Assembly: GCA_019311115.1 (NCBI GenBank)
Contig: JAFDDB010000003.1
Span: 11,852 to 75,851, forward strand
Source of the DNA: Deltaproteobacteria bacterium
GTDB lineage: Bacteria > Myxococcota_A > UBA9160 > SZUA-336
Direction of reading: 5' to 3'
Length of the DNA: 64,000 nucleotides
Part shown: positions 39,629-49,890 of the stretch, one piece after another
How the letters are laid out: every line of letters starts with the position of its first letter
Position numbering within the stretch: position 1 is the first letter of the stretch
The notes under the pieces: model-generated
The model's input: only the letters and a program-made list of their open reading frames with translations
Databases searched by the model: none
What the model was told of the DNA's origin: nothing
Translations under genes and position numbers: made by a program

Positions 39629-41047
39629 TCACTCCCAGGCCGCGGTCGGCCACTCCGGGTGCCAGGGGCGTTCGCGCTCGAAAGCGTGCGCCGCCTGCAG
39701 GACGAGGTCGTCGCGGTGCCGCGGCGCGACGATCTGCATGCCCATCGGAAGCCCGGCGCGAGACAGACCGACGCGGACCGTGCCGGCCGGGTGCCACGAC
39801 AGGTTGAAGGGAATGGTGAACGACGCCACGCCCCAAGCGAGCTGCTTGCGCCCCTCGGTCTCGGTCGGGAACGGCCCGCGCGCGGGCGGCGGGTCGTAGG
39901 GAATGGTGGGGGTCACGAGCAGATCGTAGCGATCGAAGACGTCGGCGCACCAGCGGTTGAGCGCCTCGCGCCCCTCCTGCATGCGGCCGAAGTCCTCGGC
40001 CGTGAACGAGTCCGCCTCGAGTACGCCCCGGATCAGCGAGCGGCCGAACTCCTCGCGCCGCTCGGGCAGCAGGTCGCGCAGACGCGCCGCCATTTCGAAG
40101 GCGCCGAACGCGCCCCACTCGCTTCCCATCGGGGGCGGGCCCCCCGTCACGTCCTCGACGCTGTGGCCCAGCTTCTCGAACGCGCGCACCGCGTCGTAGA
40201 CCGCCTCGCCGATGTCGGACTGCACGACCGCGTAGCCCAGGTCGGCCGAGTAGCCGATCCGCAGGCCCGACGGCAGCCCCGCGCGCAGCGACTCCTGGTA
40301 CGAGATTCCGGGATGCGGCAGCGAGTTCGGATCGAGCGCCGACGGTCCCGCCACCTGGTCCAGGAAGAGCGCGGCGTCGGCGACGGTCTTCGTGGTCGGA
40401 CCCGACACCGCCGTGTCTCCGTAGTCCCAGCGCGCGCTCGGCGCGTTCGGAATGCGCCCGTACGACGTCTTGAGACCGAAGGCGCCGACGAAGCTGGCGG
40501 GAATCCGGATCGACCCCCCGCCGTCACTCGACGTGACGAGCGGCAGCACGCCGGCCGCCAGTGCCGCCGCCGACCCGCCGCTCGAGCCGCCCGGCGTGTG
40601 CGCCAGGTTCCAGGGATTGTGCGTCGATCCGTAGACCAGGTTCTTGGTGATCGCCGTGGCACCGAACTCCGGTGCGTTCGTCTTGCCGACCACGATCGCG
40701 CCCGCCGCCTTGAGCCGCGCCACCTGCACCGTGTCCTGCGTCGCCAGGTTGTCCTTGAACGGCAGCGACCCGTGCGAAGTGATCAGCCCCTCGGTGTCCT
40801 CCAGGTCCTTCACGCCGAGCGGCACCCCCTCGAGCGCCCGCGCCTCGCCCCGGGCCACGCGCTCGTCCGCCGCCCGCGCGTCGGCGAGCAACCGCTCCCG
40901 ATCGTGCATGGCCACGACCGCGTTCAGATCCGCATTCGTAGCCTCGATCCGATCGAGCACGGCCGACATCACCTCGACCGCAGAAACTTCCCGCCCAGAA
41001 ACGGCCGCGACCAACTCGGAGAGCGTCTTCCCAAGAATCTCATTCAT
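39629..41047 (-). CDS. amidase (amidase-signature family)
   Basis: GGSSGGSAAALAAG and the Ser-cisSer-Lys context KTNAPEFG. Confidence 0.85.
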   Translation of the reverse strand: MNEILGKTLSELVAAVSGREVSAVEVMSAVLDRIEATNADLNAVVAMHDRERLLADARAADERVARGEARALEGVPLGVKDLEDTEGLITSHGSLPFKDNLATQDTVQVARLKAAGAIVVGKTNAPEFGATAITKNLVYGSTHNPWNLAHTPGGSSGGSAAALAAGVLPLVTSSDGGGSIRIPASFVGAFGLKTSYGRIPNAPSARWDYGDTAVSGPTTKTVADAALFLDQVAGPSALDPNSLPHPGISYQESLRAGLPSGLRIGYSADLGYAVVQSDIGEAVYDAVRAFEKLGHSVEDVTGGPPPMGSEWGAFGAFEMAARLRDLLPERREEFGRSLIRGVLEADSFTAEDFGRMQEGREALNRWCADVFDRYDLLVTPTIPYDPPPARGPFPTETEGRKQLAWGVASFTIPFNLSWHPAGTVRVGLSRAGLPMGMQIVAPRHRDDLVLQAAHAFERERPWHPEWPTAAWE

Positions 41048-41172
41048 GCTTCCATCCTACTCTTGTTCTGCGGGGCGGACGTGTGCGTTCGTTCGAGGCA
41101 GGGCGGCTGGCGCGGCGCCCCTCCACGGACGACCAGGCAGGCGCCGCGAAGCGGCGCTTCCACCGAATAGAG

Positions 41173-42093
41173 CTACGCCGAGGCGTAGATGTCCATGATG
41201 GAGTGGAGCAGGTCGATGGCCTCGGTCTTGGGGCGCTGGAACGAGTTGCGACCGACGATCGAGCCGAAGCCTCCGCCGTCGGCGATGCCCTGGATCTCCT
41301 CGACCAGGCCATCGCGCCCCTGCGCCGCACCGCCTGAGAAGATGACGATCCTGCGCCCGGCGAACGCGCTCTGCACCACGTGGCGCACGCGGTCGGCGAG
41401 CGTGCCGATCGGGATGCCCTCGGCCTCGTAGACCTTGCGCGCGGCGTCCTGCTCGATGTGGGCCGTGGGCGGCTTGATCTTGATCAGGTGGGCGCCGAGC
41501 TGTGCCGCGATCTGTGCGGCGTAGGCGATCACGTCGATCGCCGTCTCGCCCTCCTTCGAGATGGCCGCGCCGCGCGGGTACGACCAGACCACGACGGCGA
41601 GCCCCGCGTGCTTGGCCTCTTCGCAGAGCTCGCGCACCTGCCCGTACATGTCGTTGCGGTAGGCCGAGCCCGGGTAGATGGTGAAGCCGATCGCCGAGCA
41701 GCCCAGCCGAAGCGCGTCGTCGACGCCGCCGGTCAGCGCGGGACACGGGTCGTCGCCACCGTAGAGCGAGTCCGAGTTGTTGAGCTTGAGGATCAGCGGA
41801 ATGTCACCCGCGAACTCGGCCGCCCCCGCCTCGAGGAACCCGAGCGGCGCCGCGTAGCCGTTGCAGCCGGCTTCGATGCCCAGCTCGAAGTGATACCGCG
41901 GGTCGTAGCCCAGGGCGTTCTTGGCGAAGCTGCGCGCGGGCCCGTGCTCGAAGCCCTGGTCGACGGGCAGGATGACGAGCTTGCCGGTTCCGCCGAGCCG
42001 GCCGTGGTTCAACAGGCGCGCCAGGTTCGTCAGCGTCCCGGGGTTGTCGCTGGCGTACCAGGACAGGATCTCCTTCACGCGCTTGGTCGTCAC
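41173..42093 (-). CDS. class I fructose-bisphosphate aldolase (FbaB/DhnA family)
   Basis: KLVILPVDQGFEHGP...HLIKIK is the DhnA-type aldolase pattern. Confidence 0.8.
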   Translation of the reverse strand: MTTKRVKEILSWYASDNPGTLTNLARLLNHGRLGGTGKLVILPVDQGFEHGPARSFAKNALGYDPRYHFELGIEAGCNGYAAPLGFLEAGAAEFAGDIPLILKLNNSDSLYGGDDPCPALTGGVDDALRLGCSAIGFTIYPGSAYRNDMYGQVRELCEEAKHAGLAVVVWSYPRGAAISKEGETAIDVIAYAAQIAAQLGAHLIKIKPPTAHIEQDAARKVYEAEGIPIGTLADRVRHVVQSAFAGRRIVIFSGGAAQGRDGLVEEIQGIADGGGFGSIVGRNSFQRPKTEAIDLLHSIMDIYASA

Positions 42094-42197
42094 TTCGGCT
42101 CTCCCTGAAGGGCCCGCGGGCCCGCCTTCGTCCTTGATGGGTCGGTAATGGATCGGCCGGATTCTACCGCAGCCGTCGCGCTCCAGCCTCGGGCCCC

Positions 42198-43685
42198 ATG
42201 CTCCGCTATGGGTTCATGCGCAACTCCCGCCCGGTTCGGATCGTCTGTACGGTCGGTCCCGCCTGCCGTGCGGCGGAGACCCTGGAGCGCATGCTCGACG
42301 CGGGCATGGACGTGGCGCGCATCAACTTCGCACACGGCTCCGCGGACGAGCACCGTGACACCGTGGCACAGCTCCGCCGGGCGGCCGCCGAGCGCGGGCG
42401 CCCGATCGCCATCCTGCAGGACCTGGCCGGGCCGAAGCTGCGGATCGGCGAGCTCGAGGCGCCGCTGACACTCCGCCCGGGAGACGCCGTCACGATCGCC
42501 TGCGACGCCAGCAAGGGCAGCGGCCGCACCCTGCCCGTCCCCGACCCCTGGCTCACGGACGAGGTCGGGCCGGGAGACCCCATCCTGATCGCGGACGGAC
42601 AGGTGGAGCTGCAGGTGCTCGAAATCTCCGGCCGCCAGATCCACTGCGGCGTGGTGGTCGGCGGCGAGGTCTCGAGCCGGAAGGGCATCAACGCGCCCGG
42701 CGGGCTGTCCGCGCGTCCCATCCTGGACGACGCGGACCGCGCGGCGCTCAGGCTCGGGGCGGAGCTCGAGATCGACTTCGTCGGCGTCTCGTACGTGCGC
42801 ACCGCCGAAGACCTGGCGCAGGTGCGGCTCGAGCTGCGCAGCCTCGGGCGGCCCACGCCGCTGGTCGCGAAGATCGAGACCGGGCTGGCGCTCGAGCATC
42901 TCGACGACATCCTGGCGCACACCGACGCCCTGATGATCGCGCGCGGCGACCTGTCGCTCGAGATCCCGTACGAGCGCGTCCCCATCGAGCAGAAGCGCAT
43001 CGTCGAGGCAGCGCGCCGGGCGGGCCGGCCCGTCATCACCGCGACGCAGATGCTGCAGTCGATGGTGAGCGCCTCGCGGCCCACGCGCGCCGAGGCCACC
43101 GACGTCGCCAATGCCGTGCTCGACGGGACCGACGCCGTCATGCTCTCGGACGAGACGGCCGTGGGCCGCGACCCGGTACGCGCCTGCAGGACGATGGCGC
43201 GCATCATCGAGGAGACCGCGTCCTCGGCGATCTTCAGTGGACACCTCGGCGGGCCGTCCGCGCCCTCTCCTGAAGGGCTCTCGCCCGAGCTGCGCGAGCT
43301 CGACGTGTTCGCCGCGGCGGCCGTGCGGACCGCGCGCGACGTCGGCGCGCGCGCGATCGTGACCTGGTCGCGCGGCGGCCTGGCTGCGCGCCTGCTGTCG
43401 CGCCAACGACCCGACGTACCGATCCTTGCGCCGACCCGCTTCGCGGACACCTGGCGCAAGCTCTCGCTTCCGTACGGAGTCGTGCCGGTGCTCTGCCCGC
43501 GGGGACGCATGACCCGCGAGCAGCTGGTGGGCGTGCTCGGACCGGTCGATGACCGCACGCTGCTGTTGGTGGTCGGACACGTGGCGGGGGAACGCAGGCG
43601 CATCCCGCGCATGGAGCTGGTCCGCGTGATCGACGCCCGGTCCTGGACCGAGGATCCGCGCGCCGCGGCAGGCAACTACGCATAG
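42198..43685 (+). CDS. pyk: pyruvate kinase
   Basis: RIVCTVGPA...MLDAGMDVARINFAHG...MIARGDL. The start could be the second Met at 42216. Confidence 0.85.
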   Translation: MLRYGFMRNSRPVRIVCTVGPACRAAETLERMLDAGMDVARINFAHGSADEHRDTVAQLRRAAAERGRPIAILQDLAGPKLRIGELEAPLTLRPGDAVTIACDASKGSGRTLPVPDPWLTDEVGPGDPILIADGQVELQVLEISGRQIHCGVVVGGEVSSRKGINAPGGLSARPILDDADRAALRLGAELEIDFVGVSYVRTAEDLAQVRLELRSLGRPTPLVAKIETGLALEHLDDILAHTDALMIARGDLSLEIPYERVPIEQKRIVEAARRAGRPVITATQMLQSMVSASRPTRAEATDVANAVLDGTDAVMLSDETAVGRDPVRACRTMARIIEETASSAIFSGHLGGPSAPSPEGLSPELRELDVFAAAAVRTARDVGARAIVTWSRGGLAARLLSRQRPDVPILAPTRFADTWRKLSLPYGVVPVLCPRGRMTREQLVGVLGPVDDRTLLLVVGHVAGERRRIPRMELVRVIDARSWTEDPRAAAGNYA

Positions 43686-43692
43686 TCCTCAA

Positions 43693-43715
43693 TTCCCGAC
43701 GTCCAAAGTCGGGAA
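43693..43715 (+). terminator. hairpin TTCCCGAC-gtccaaa-GTCGGGAA after pyk
   Basis: 8-bp perfect inverted repeat 8 nt after the pyk stop. No U-tract (common in high-GC genomes). Confidence 0.35.
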
Positions 43716-43751
43716 ATCGACTCGAATTCAGGACCCTGCTACCGTGGAATC

Positions 43752-45545
43752 GTGACCACAGGCACCTCTCCCAAGCCCGCCAAGCCCGCAGTGAGCCTCT
43801 CGTCCGCCGACGTCTCGAAGATGTCGAAGAACGAGCGCCTCAAGGCGAACAGCGACGGCCTCTTCTGGGTCGCCGGCCGCGAGCGTCACTCGTTCGGTGA
43901 CGAACTCGACGCCATGACGCGCGGCGAGACCGACACGATCGGCGGCGATGCCAAGGAGCTGTCCAAGTTCTTCGGCATCTACAAGCAGCAGGAGCGGGTC
44001 GAGGGACGCAAGGTCGGCGCCCACTCCTTCATGCTGCGCCTGCGCGTGCCGGGCGGCGGAGAGTTCTCGCCCGCCCAGTGGAAGGCGGTCGACGAGGCCT
44101 CCGACCGCTTTGCAGACGGGACGCTGCGCATCACGACCCGGCAGGGCGTGCAGTTCCACCGCGTGCCGGGCCGCGAGCTCGGCGCGCTCGTGCGCTGGCT
44201 CAACCGCGAGTACGAGAACACCGGCTACGTCATGTCGAGCCTCGGCGCTTGCGGCGACGTGAACCGCAACACCATGTGCAGCCCGGTAGACGACCTCGTC
44301 GCCGACCGTCCCCTCCGGACGATCGACCTGGCTCACGAGATCGCGAGCGAGCTGGCGCCGGTCGCCGGAGGCGCGGCCTACCACCAGATCTTCATCGAGA
44401 ACCAGGAGTCGAAGCGCCTCGAGCCGGTAACGACCGACGAGCCGCTGTACGGCAAGCACTACCTGCCGCGCAAGTTCAAGGTCGGGTTCGCGCACCCGGG
44501 CGACAACTCGGCCGACATCCTGACGCAAGACGTCGGCTTCATGCCCATCGTGAACGGCGGCGCCGTGGGCGACGAGTACGACCTGTACAGCGGCGGCGGC
44601 CTCGGCGTGACGCACAACAACGAACAGACCGCCGCGCACCTGGGGCTCTACCTGGGACGCGTTCCCCGCGAGCAGGTCGTGGCGGTAACGCGCGCGCTCG
44701 CGGAGCTGCAACGCGACAACGGCGAGCGCAAGGATCGCCGGCAGGCGCGCTGGAAGTACACGATCCGCCGGCTCGGAATCGAGACCGTGCAGCGCGAACT
44801 GCGAGAGGGCTTCGGCATCCAGCTGAAGGACGCAAAGCCCGTGCCGTTGCCCCCGAACCGGTTCTTCCTGGGTTGGCACCGCGAGGCCGGTGAAGAGGAG
44901 CGCTACTGGCTCGGCGTCCCGGTGCTGAGCGGAAGGCTGCGGGACGACGGCCCGCGGCGGCAACGCAGCGCCGTGCGCGAGGCGGTTGCGGCACTCGGCG
45001 CCGGCGTGCGGCTGACGCCGAACCAGGACCTGCTGATCTGCCACGTCCCCGCGGCCGAGCGGGCGCGCGTCGAGGCGATCTTCGCCGACCACGGCGTGCC
45101 GTTGGACGCGCTGCCGCAGGTGGCGCGTCGGCAGGCGCTGGCCTGTCCGGCCAAGCCGACCTGCGGGCTGGCGATGACCGACGCCGAACTGTCCCTGCCC
45201 CGCTACCTGGACGAGATCGAGGCCGCGGGGTGCGGGGACGTCGACGTGGTGATCCGCATCTCCGGCTGCCCCAACTCCTGCTCGCGCCCGCCGAGCGCCG
45301 AGATCGGCATCGTCGGGTACGGCAAGAACGACCACGTGATCCAGGTCGGTGGCTCGCGCGAGGGAACGCGGCTGGGGCGCGTGCTCTACCCGCGTGTGCC
45401 CGAGGCCGACGTGAGCCGCGTGTTGATCGGGCTGCTGCGCGCGGTCCGCGACGAGAACCCCGCCGGACTCCCCGCGGGCGAGTACCTGCACGAGACGCCG
45501 CTCGACGAGCTTCGCGTTCGTGTCGGCTACCAGGGAGCGCAGTAG
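43752..45545 (+). CDS. sulfite/nitrite reductase hemoprotein (siroheme-4Fe-4S; CysI/Sir-like)
   Basis: KNERLKANSDGLF N-terminus; RISGCPNSCSRP cluster motif; 597 aa. Confidence 0.8.
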   Translation: MTTGTSPKPAKPAVSLSSADVSKMSKNERLKANSDGLFWVAGRERHSFGDELDAMTRGETDTIGGDAKELSKFFGIYKQQERVEGRKVGAHSFMLRLRVPGGGEFSPAQWKAVDEASDRFADGTLRITTRQGVQFHRVPGRELGALVRWLNREYENTGYVMSSLGACGDVNRNTMCSPVDDLVADRPLRTIDLAHEIASELAPVAGGAAYHQIFIENQESKRLEPVTTDEPLYGKHYLPRKFKVGFAHPGDNSADILTQDVGFMPIVNGGAVGDEYDLYSGGGLGVTHNNEQTAAHLGLYLGRVPREQVVAVTRALAELQRDNGERKDRRQARWKYTIRRLGIETVQRELREGFGIQLKDAKPVPLPPNRFFLGWHREAGEEERYWLGVPVLSGRLRDDGPRRQRSAVREAVAALGAGVRLTPNQDLLICHVPAAERARVEAIFADHGVPLDALPQVARRQALACPAKPTCGLAMTDAELSLPRYLDEIEAAGCGDVDVVIRISGCPNSCSRPPSAEIGIVGYGKNDHVIQVGGSREGTRLGRVLYPRVPEADVSRVLIGLLRAVRDENPAGLPAGEYLHETPLDELRVRVGYQGAQ

Positions 45546-46316
45546 ATGGCACAGGTCGAACTGGCATCGGACGGCGGGATCGCGACGATCACGCTCAACC
45601 GGCCGGACGCACTCAACTCCCTGTCGAGCTCGGTGCTCGGCGAACTCGACGACGTCGTCGGAACCGTCGAGTCGGACGCCGCAGTGCGCGGGGTCATCGT
45701 GACGGGTGCGGGGCGGGCGTTCGTCGCCGGCGCCGACATCGAGGAGATCTCGGGACTCGACGCGCAGACAGGACTCGCCTTCGCGCGCCGCGGGCAGGGC
45801 GTGTTCTCGCGCATCGAGCGGCTCGAAAAGCCCGTGGTCGCCGCAGTCAACGGTTTCGCGCTCGGCGGCGGCTGCGAACTGGCCATGGCCTGCCACATGC
45901 GCATCGCCTCATCGCGCGCCAAGTTCGGACAGCCCGAGGTCAAGCTCGGCATCCTGCCCGGCTTCGGCGGCACGCAGCGCCTGCCGCGGCTCGTCGGTCG
46001 CGGCGTGGCGACGCAGCTGATCCTGAGCGGCGACATCATCCGCGCCGACGAGGCGCTGCGCATCGGTCTGGTGAACGAGATCGCCGAGCCGGACGAGGTG
46101 CTCCCGCGTTCACGCGCGGTACTCGAGAGCATCCTCGCCATGGGCCCGGGCGCCGTAGCCGCGTCACTGATCGCCATTCGCGACGGGCTCGACCCGAGCC
46201 TGGCCGACGGACTCGAACTCGAAGCGCGGCTCTTCGCGCACGCCTGCGGAACTCCCGAGATGAAGGAAGGCACAGCCGCGTTCCTCGAGAAGCGCGACCC
46301 CAGCTTCTCGCGCTGA
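45546..46316 (+). CDS. enoyl-CoA hydratase/isomerase family protein
   Basis: ITLNRPDALNSL...AVNGFALGGGCELAMACHMRIA. Confidence 0.85.
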   Translation: MAQVELASDGGIATITLNRPDALNSLSSSVLGELDDVVGTVESDAAVRGVIVTGAGRAFVAGADIEEISGLDAQTGLAFARRGQGVFSRIERLEKPVVAAVNGFALGGGCELAMACHMRIASSRAKFGQPEVKLGILPGFGGTQRLPRLVGRGVATQLILSGDIIRADEALRIGLVNEIAEPDEVLPRSRAVLESILAMGPGAVAASLIAIRDGLDPSLADGLELEARLFAHACGTPEMKEGTAAFLEKRDPSFSR

Positions 46317-46359
46317 TCGGGTGCCGCGGGTACCCTCCCCGCGGGGAGGGGGGATTCGC

Positions 46360-47679
46360 ATGAGCCAGCCGGCTTCGCGCGAGCAGTGGTCGAGCCGGCT
46401 CGGGTTCACGCTGGCCGCCGTAGGCTCCGCCGTCGGACTCGGGAACATGTGGCGGTTCTCGTACCTGACCGCCGAGAACGGCGGGGCGGCCTTCGTGCTG
46501 CTCTACGTCGGGTTCACGCTGCTGATCGGGCTGCCGGTCCTGCTCGCGGAGCTTGCACTCGGACGCGGCTCGGGGCGCAGCCCCATCCAGGCGCTGATGC
46601 ACTTCGGCGGTCCGCGCTGGATGCCGCTCGGCGGGCTCTTCGTCGCGGCGGGCTTCCTGATCCTCGCCTACTACAGCGTGATCGCGGGCTGGACCGCGCG
46701 CTACACGGTCGAGGCGATCTTCGTCGGCGTACCCGCCGACCCGGCTGCGCACTTCGGGGAGATCTCGTCCGGCGCGCAGGCGATCGGCTGGCACCTGCTC
46801 TTCATGGCGACGGTCGTGGTGATCGTCGCGGGCGGAGTACGCGCGGGCATCGAGCGCGTGTCGCTGGTGTTGATGCCGCTGCTCTTCGCCCTGGTCTGCG
46901 CTCTCGCCATCTATGCCGCTACGCTCGACGGCGCGAGCGAAGGCTACCGCTTCTACCTCGAGGTCGACTTCGACAAGCTGCGCAGCCTCGACGTGCTGCG
47001 CCAGGCCGCGGGCCAGGCGTTCTTCAGCCTGAGTCTCGGCATGGGCGCCATGCTGACCTACGCCAGCTACCTGTCGCGGCAGGAGCACCTGCCCAACGAG
47101 TCCGTCATCGTCGCCTTCGCCGACTTCGGCGTGGCGTTCGTGGCGGGTCTCGCGGTCTTCCCCTTGATCTTCGCGCTCGGGCTGCAGACGCAGGTCGGCG
47201 AGAGCACGGTGGGCGCGCTGTTCATCACGCTGCCGGGCGCATTCGCGGAGCTCGGCGGCGCGGGCCGCATCGTGGCGTTCGTGTTCTTCGCCGCGTTGCT
47301 CGTCGGCGCGCTCACGTCGGCCATCTCGCTGCTCGAGGTCGTGGTCTCGTCGGCCATCGACTCGTTCGGCTGGTCGCGCAAGGTCGCCGCGGTCGTGCTC
47401 GGGCTGGCGATCGCCCTGCTGGGGATTCCGCCGGCGATGGACACCGACATTCTCGGCTGGATGGACACCGTGGCCGGCAACCTCTTTCTCGTCTTCGGCG
47501 GGCTCATGCTCTCGCTCTTCGTCGGCTGGCGCATGCCCGACGCGATGGCACAGGTCACGCCCGGCGCGGAGGGCGTGCGCTGGTTCGGGCTGTGGCTCTG
47601 GCTGCTGCGCATCCCCGTCCCCCTGGCCCTGGCGGTCGTGCTCTGGCAGGGGCTCGTGCAGCTCGTTGCGGGCTCTTAG
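46360..47679 (+). CDS. sodium-dependent transporter (NSS/SNF family)
   Basis: FTLAAVGSAVGLGNMWRFSYL is the NSS TM1 signature. The start is taken at the second Met. Confidence 0.8.
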   Translation: MSQPASREQWSSRLGFTLAAVGSAVGLGNMWRFSYLTAENGGAAFVLLYVGFTLLIGLPVLLAELALGRGSGRSPIQALMHFGGPRWMPLGGLFVAAGFLILAYYSVIAGWTARYTVEAIFVGVPADPAAHFGEISSGAQAIGWHLLFMATVVVIVAGGVRAGIERVSLVLMPLLFALVCALAIYAATLDGASEGYRFYLEVDFDKLRSLDVLRQAAGQAFFSLSLGMGAMLTYASYLSRQEHLPNESVIVAFADFGVAFVAGLAVFPLIFALGLQTQVGESTVGALFITLPGAFAELGGAGRIVAFVFFAALLVGALTSAISLLEVVVSSAIDSFGWSRKVAAVVLGLAIALLGIPPAMDTDILGWMDTVAGNLFLVFGGLMLSLFVGWRMPDAMAQVTPGAEGVRWFGLWLWLLRIPVPLALAVVLWQGLVQLVAGS

Positions 47680-47793
47680 CCGCGCTCCGCGCGTTTCGGC
47701 GGCTCCGCGCCGAAGTCCTTGGCCAGCGGGCCGGTTCCTGAGACACTGGAGACTGACCGCACGGGTCCGGGGTACGCCCGGACGAGGGGAGCC

Positions 47794-48345
47794 ATGCCGA
47801 CCCGAGACGAAGTCCTCCCAGGCGACGAGGCGTACTACGACGACCGGAAGCCGAGCGACCGCGCCTTCGACGCGAGCCTGCTGGGCCAGTCGCTGAAGAC
47901 GCTGCCGGCGCGGCGCCCGCTCGTGCACGCACCGACCGACAGCGTCACCGATGCGATCCGCGCCATGCAACGCGAGCAGCGCGGCTGCGTGCTGGTCACG
48001 GGCGATGGAACCGCGGGGACGCCGCTGCTCGGGATCTTCAGCGAACGCGACGTGCTCTTCCGGATCGTCGACCGCGGACGCAACCCGGCCACCCTGCCGC
48101 TCTCCGAGGTGATGACGACCGAGCCGGAGTCGCTTCCCGAAGAGGCGAGCATCGCCTATGTGCTCAACAAGATGGCCGTCGGCGGCTTCCGCCACGTGCC
48201 GGTCGTGGACTCGAAGGGGTGTCCCGTGTTCGTGGTCTCGGTGCGGGACGTGGTCGAGTTCCTGGTGGAGTTCTTTCCCGGCGAGGTCCTGAACCTGCCG
48301 CCGGAGTTCGGCGCGCCCCGGTCCTTGGAGCCCGAAGGCGCCTAG
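47794..48345 (+). CDS. CBS domain protein
   Basis: Two CBS-like segments (VTDAIRAM...GCVLVTGDG; SIAYVLNKMAVGGFRHVPVVD). Internal ATG with GAGGGGAG RBS. Confidence 0.7.
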   Translation: MPTRDEVLPGDEAYYDDRKPSDRAFDASLLGQSLKTLPARRPLVHAPTDSVTDAIRAMQREQRGCVLVTGDGTAGTPLLGIFSERDVLFRIVDRGRNPATLPLSEVMTTEPESLPEEASIAYVLNKMAVGGFRHVPVVDSKGCPVFVVSVRDVVEFLVEFFPGEVLNLPPEFGAPRSLEPEGA

Positions 48346-48348
48346 CTT

Positions 48349-49890
48349 CTAGATCCGGGCTTCGATCAGGTGGGGCCCGGGTTCGGCCAGGGCCCGTTGC
48401 AGCTCTCGGACGAGGTCTTCGGCGGTCTCGACCGCCGCCCCGGGCACGCCCATGCCCTTTGCCAGCGCGACCCAGTCCAGCGCGGGGTCGGCCAGGGAGG
48501 TCAGGGACTGGGCTTGCGGGCCGGGTTGGGAGATGTCGGCCCGGGCAAGCTCCACCCGCAGGATGCGGTACTCGCGGTTGGCGCAGATGACCGTGGTCAC
48601 GTCGAGTCCCTCGCGCGCCTGGGTCCAGAGGGACTGCAGCGTGTACATGCCGCTGCCATCGGCCTGGAAGGCGATGACCGGGCGGTCCGGACAGGCCACG
48701 GCCGCACCGGTGGCGCAGGGCAGTCCCTGGCCGATCGCTCCTCCCGTCAGCCCCAGGTAGTCGTGCGGCGGGCACGCCGACGACGCGACCCAGTAGGGAA
48801 AGCCGGTCGTCGCGGCCTCGTCCATCACGATCGCCCCGTCGGGCTGCACCGCCGCCAGCGCGGCGCCGACACTGCCAGGGTCGAGGGCGCCCTGTGGCGC
48901 CGCTGGACGGGACGCGGACGCTGCGGCTACGGGCGCGGCGCCGCGGAGCCGCTCGGCCAGGGCCTCCAGCGCCGCGGCGACGTCTTCGTCGGGCGTCGCG
49001 AGCGCGTGCAGCGCACAGCCTTCGGGCACGACGCGGCCGTCCTGCCCGGGGTAGCCGAAGAACGCGACCGGCTCGACGGTCCCGACGAGTACCAGGTGCG
49101 CGAACCGCGAGAGCAGGTCGTTCGCCTGCTCCGGGAAGTAGGGGATCTTGGCGACCTCGGGGAGTCCGGCACCGCGCTCGACGCGCGAGATGAAGGTGTC
49201 CGAGAGCAGCACCGCACCGGAAGCCGCGGCCACGCGTGCGGCCGCGCGCAGACCGCGGGCGCGCAGGCCGGCGCCGCCGAGCAGCAGCGCGGCCGGTGCG
49301 TCGCCCGACAGGATCTGGGCGACGCTCTCGATCGCGGCGTCGGCCGGCACGGGCGGCGACGGCGGCGCGGCGCGCGCGGCCGCGTCCGGGATCGCGTCCC
49401 ACGCGCACTCACCGGGAACGATCAGCGTCGCGACGCCACTGCGCAGCGCGCGCGCCGCCGCGATCCCGTCCGCCGCGTCACCGGGCAGCGACTTGGCGGT
49501 CTGCACGCGCCGCACCCACTTCGACACCGGCCAGGCGAGTGACTCGATGTCCGAGGTGAGTGGAGCGTCGTTCTGCAGGTGCCAGGTGGGATGGTCCCCG
49601 ATCACCGCCAGCACGGGCGTTCCCGCGCGCCGTGCGTTGTGCAGGTTCGCGATGCCGTTGGCGTGACCCGGTCCCAGGTGCAGCAAGGTCATGGCCGGCT
49701 TGTCGGCCATGCGGCCGTAGCCGTCGGCTGCGCCCGTCGCCACGCCCTCGAAGAGCGTCAGCACGGCGCGCATGCCGGGCACGCTGTCGAGCGCGCCGAC
49801 CATCTGCATCTCGGTCGTTCCCGGGTTGGCAAAGCAGACCTCGACACCGGAGGCGACTGCGGAGGCGATCAGGCCCTCGGCGCCGTTCAT
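48349..49890 (-). CDS. thiamine pyrophosphate-dependent enzyme (acetolactate synthase large-subunit-like)
   Basis: N-terminal TPP-pyrimidine domain (FANPGTTEM), C-terminal GDG...N TPP-binding region (AFQADGSGMYT...NREY). Confidence 0.8.
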   Translation of the reverse strand: MNGAEGLIASAVASGVEVCFANPGTTEMQMVGALDSVPGMRAVLTLFEGVATGAADGYGRMADKPAMTLLHLGPGHANGIANLHNARRAGTPVLAVIGDHPTWHLQNDAPLTSDIESLAWPVSKWVRRVQTAKSLPGDAADGIAAARALRSGVATLIVPGECAWDAIPDAAARAAPPSPPVPADAAIESVAQILSGDAPAALLLGGAGLRARGLRAAARVAAASGAVLLSDTFISRVERGAGLPEVAKIPYFPEQANDLLSRFAHLVLVGTVEPVAFFGYPGQDGRVVPEGCALHALATPDEDVAAALEALAERLRGAAPVAAASASRPAAPQGALDPGSVGAALAAVQPDGAIVMDEAATTGFPYWVASSACPPHDYLGLTGGAIGQGLPCATGAAVACPDRPVIAFQADGSGMYTLQSLWTQAREGLDVTTVICANREYRILRVELARADISQPGPQAQSLTSLADPALDWVALAKGMGVPGAAVETAEDLVRELQRALAEPGPHLIEARI

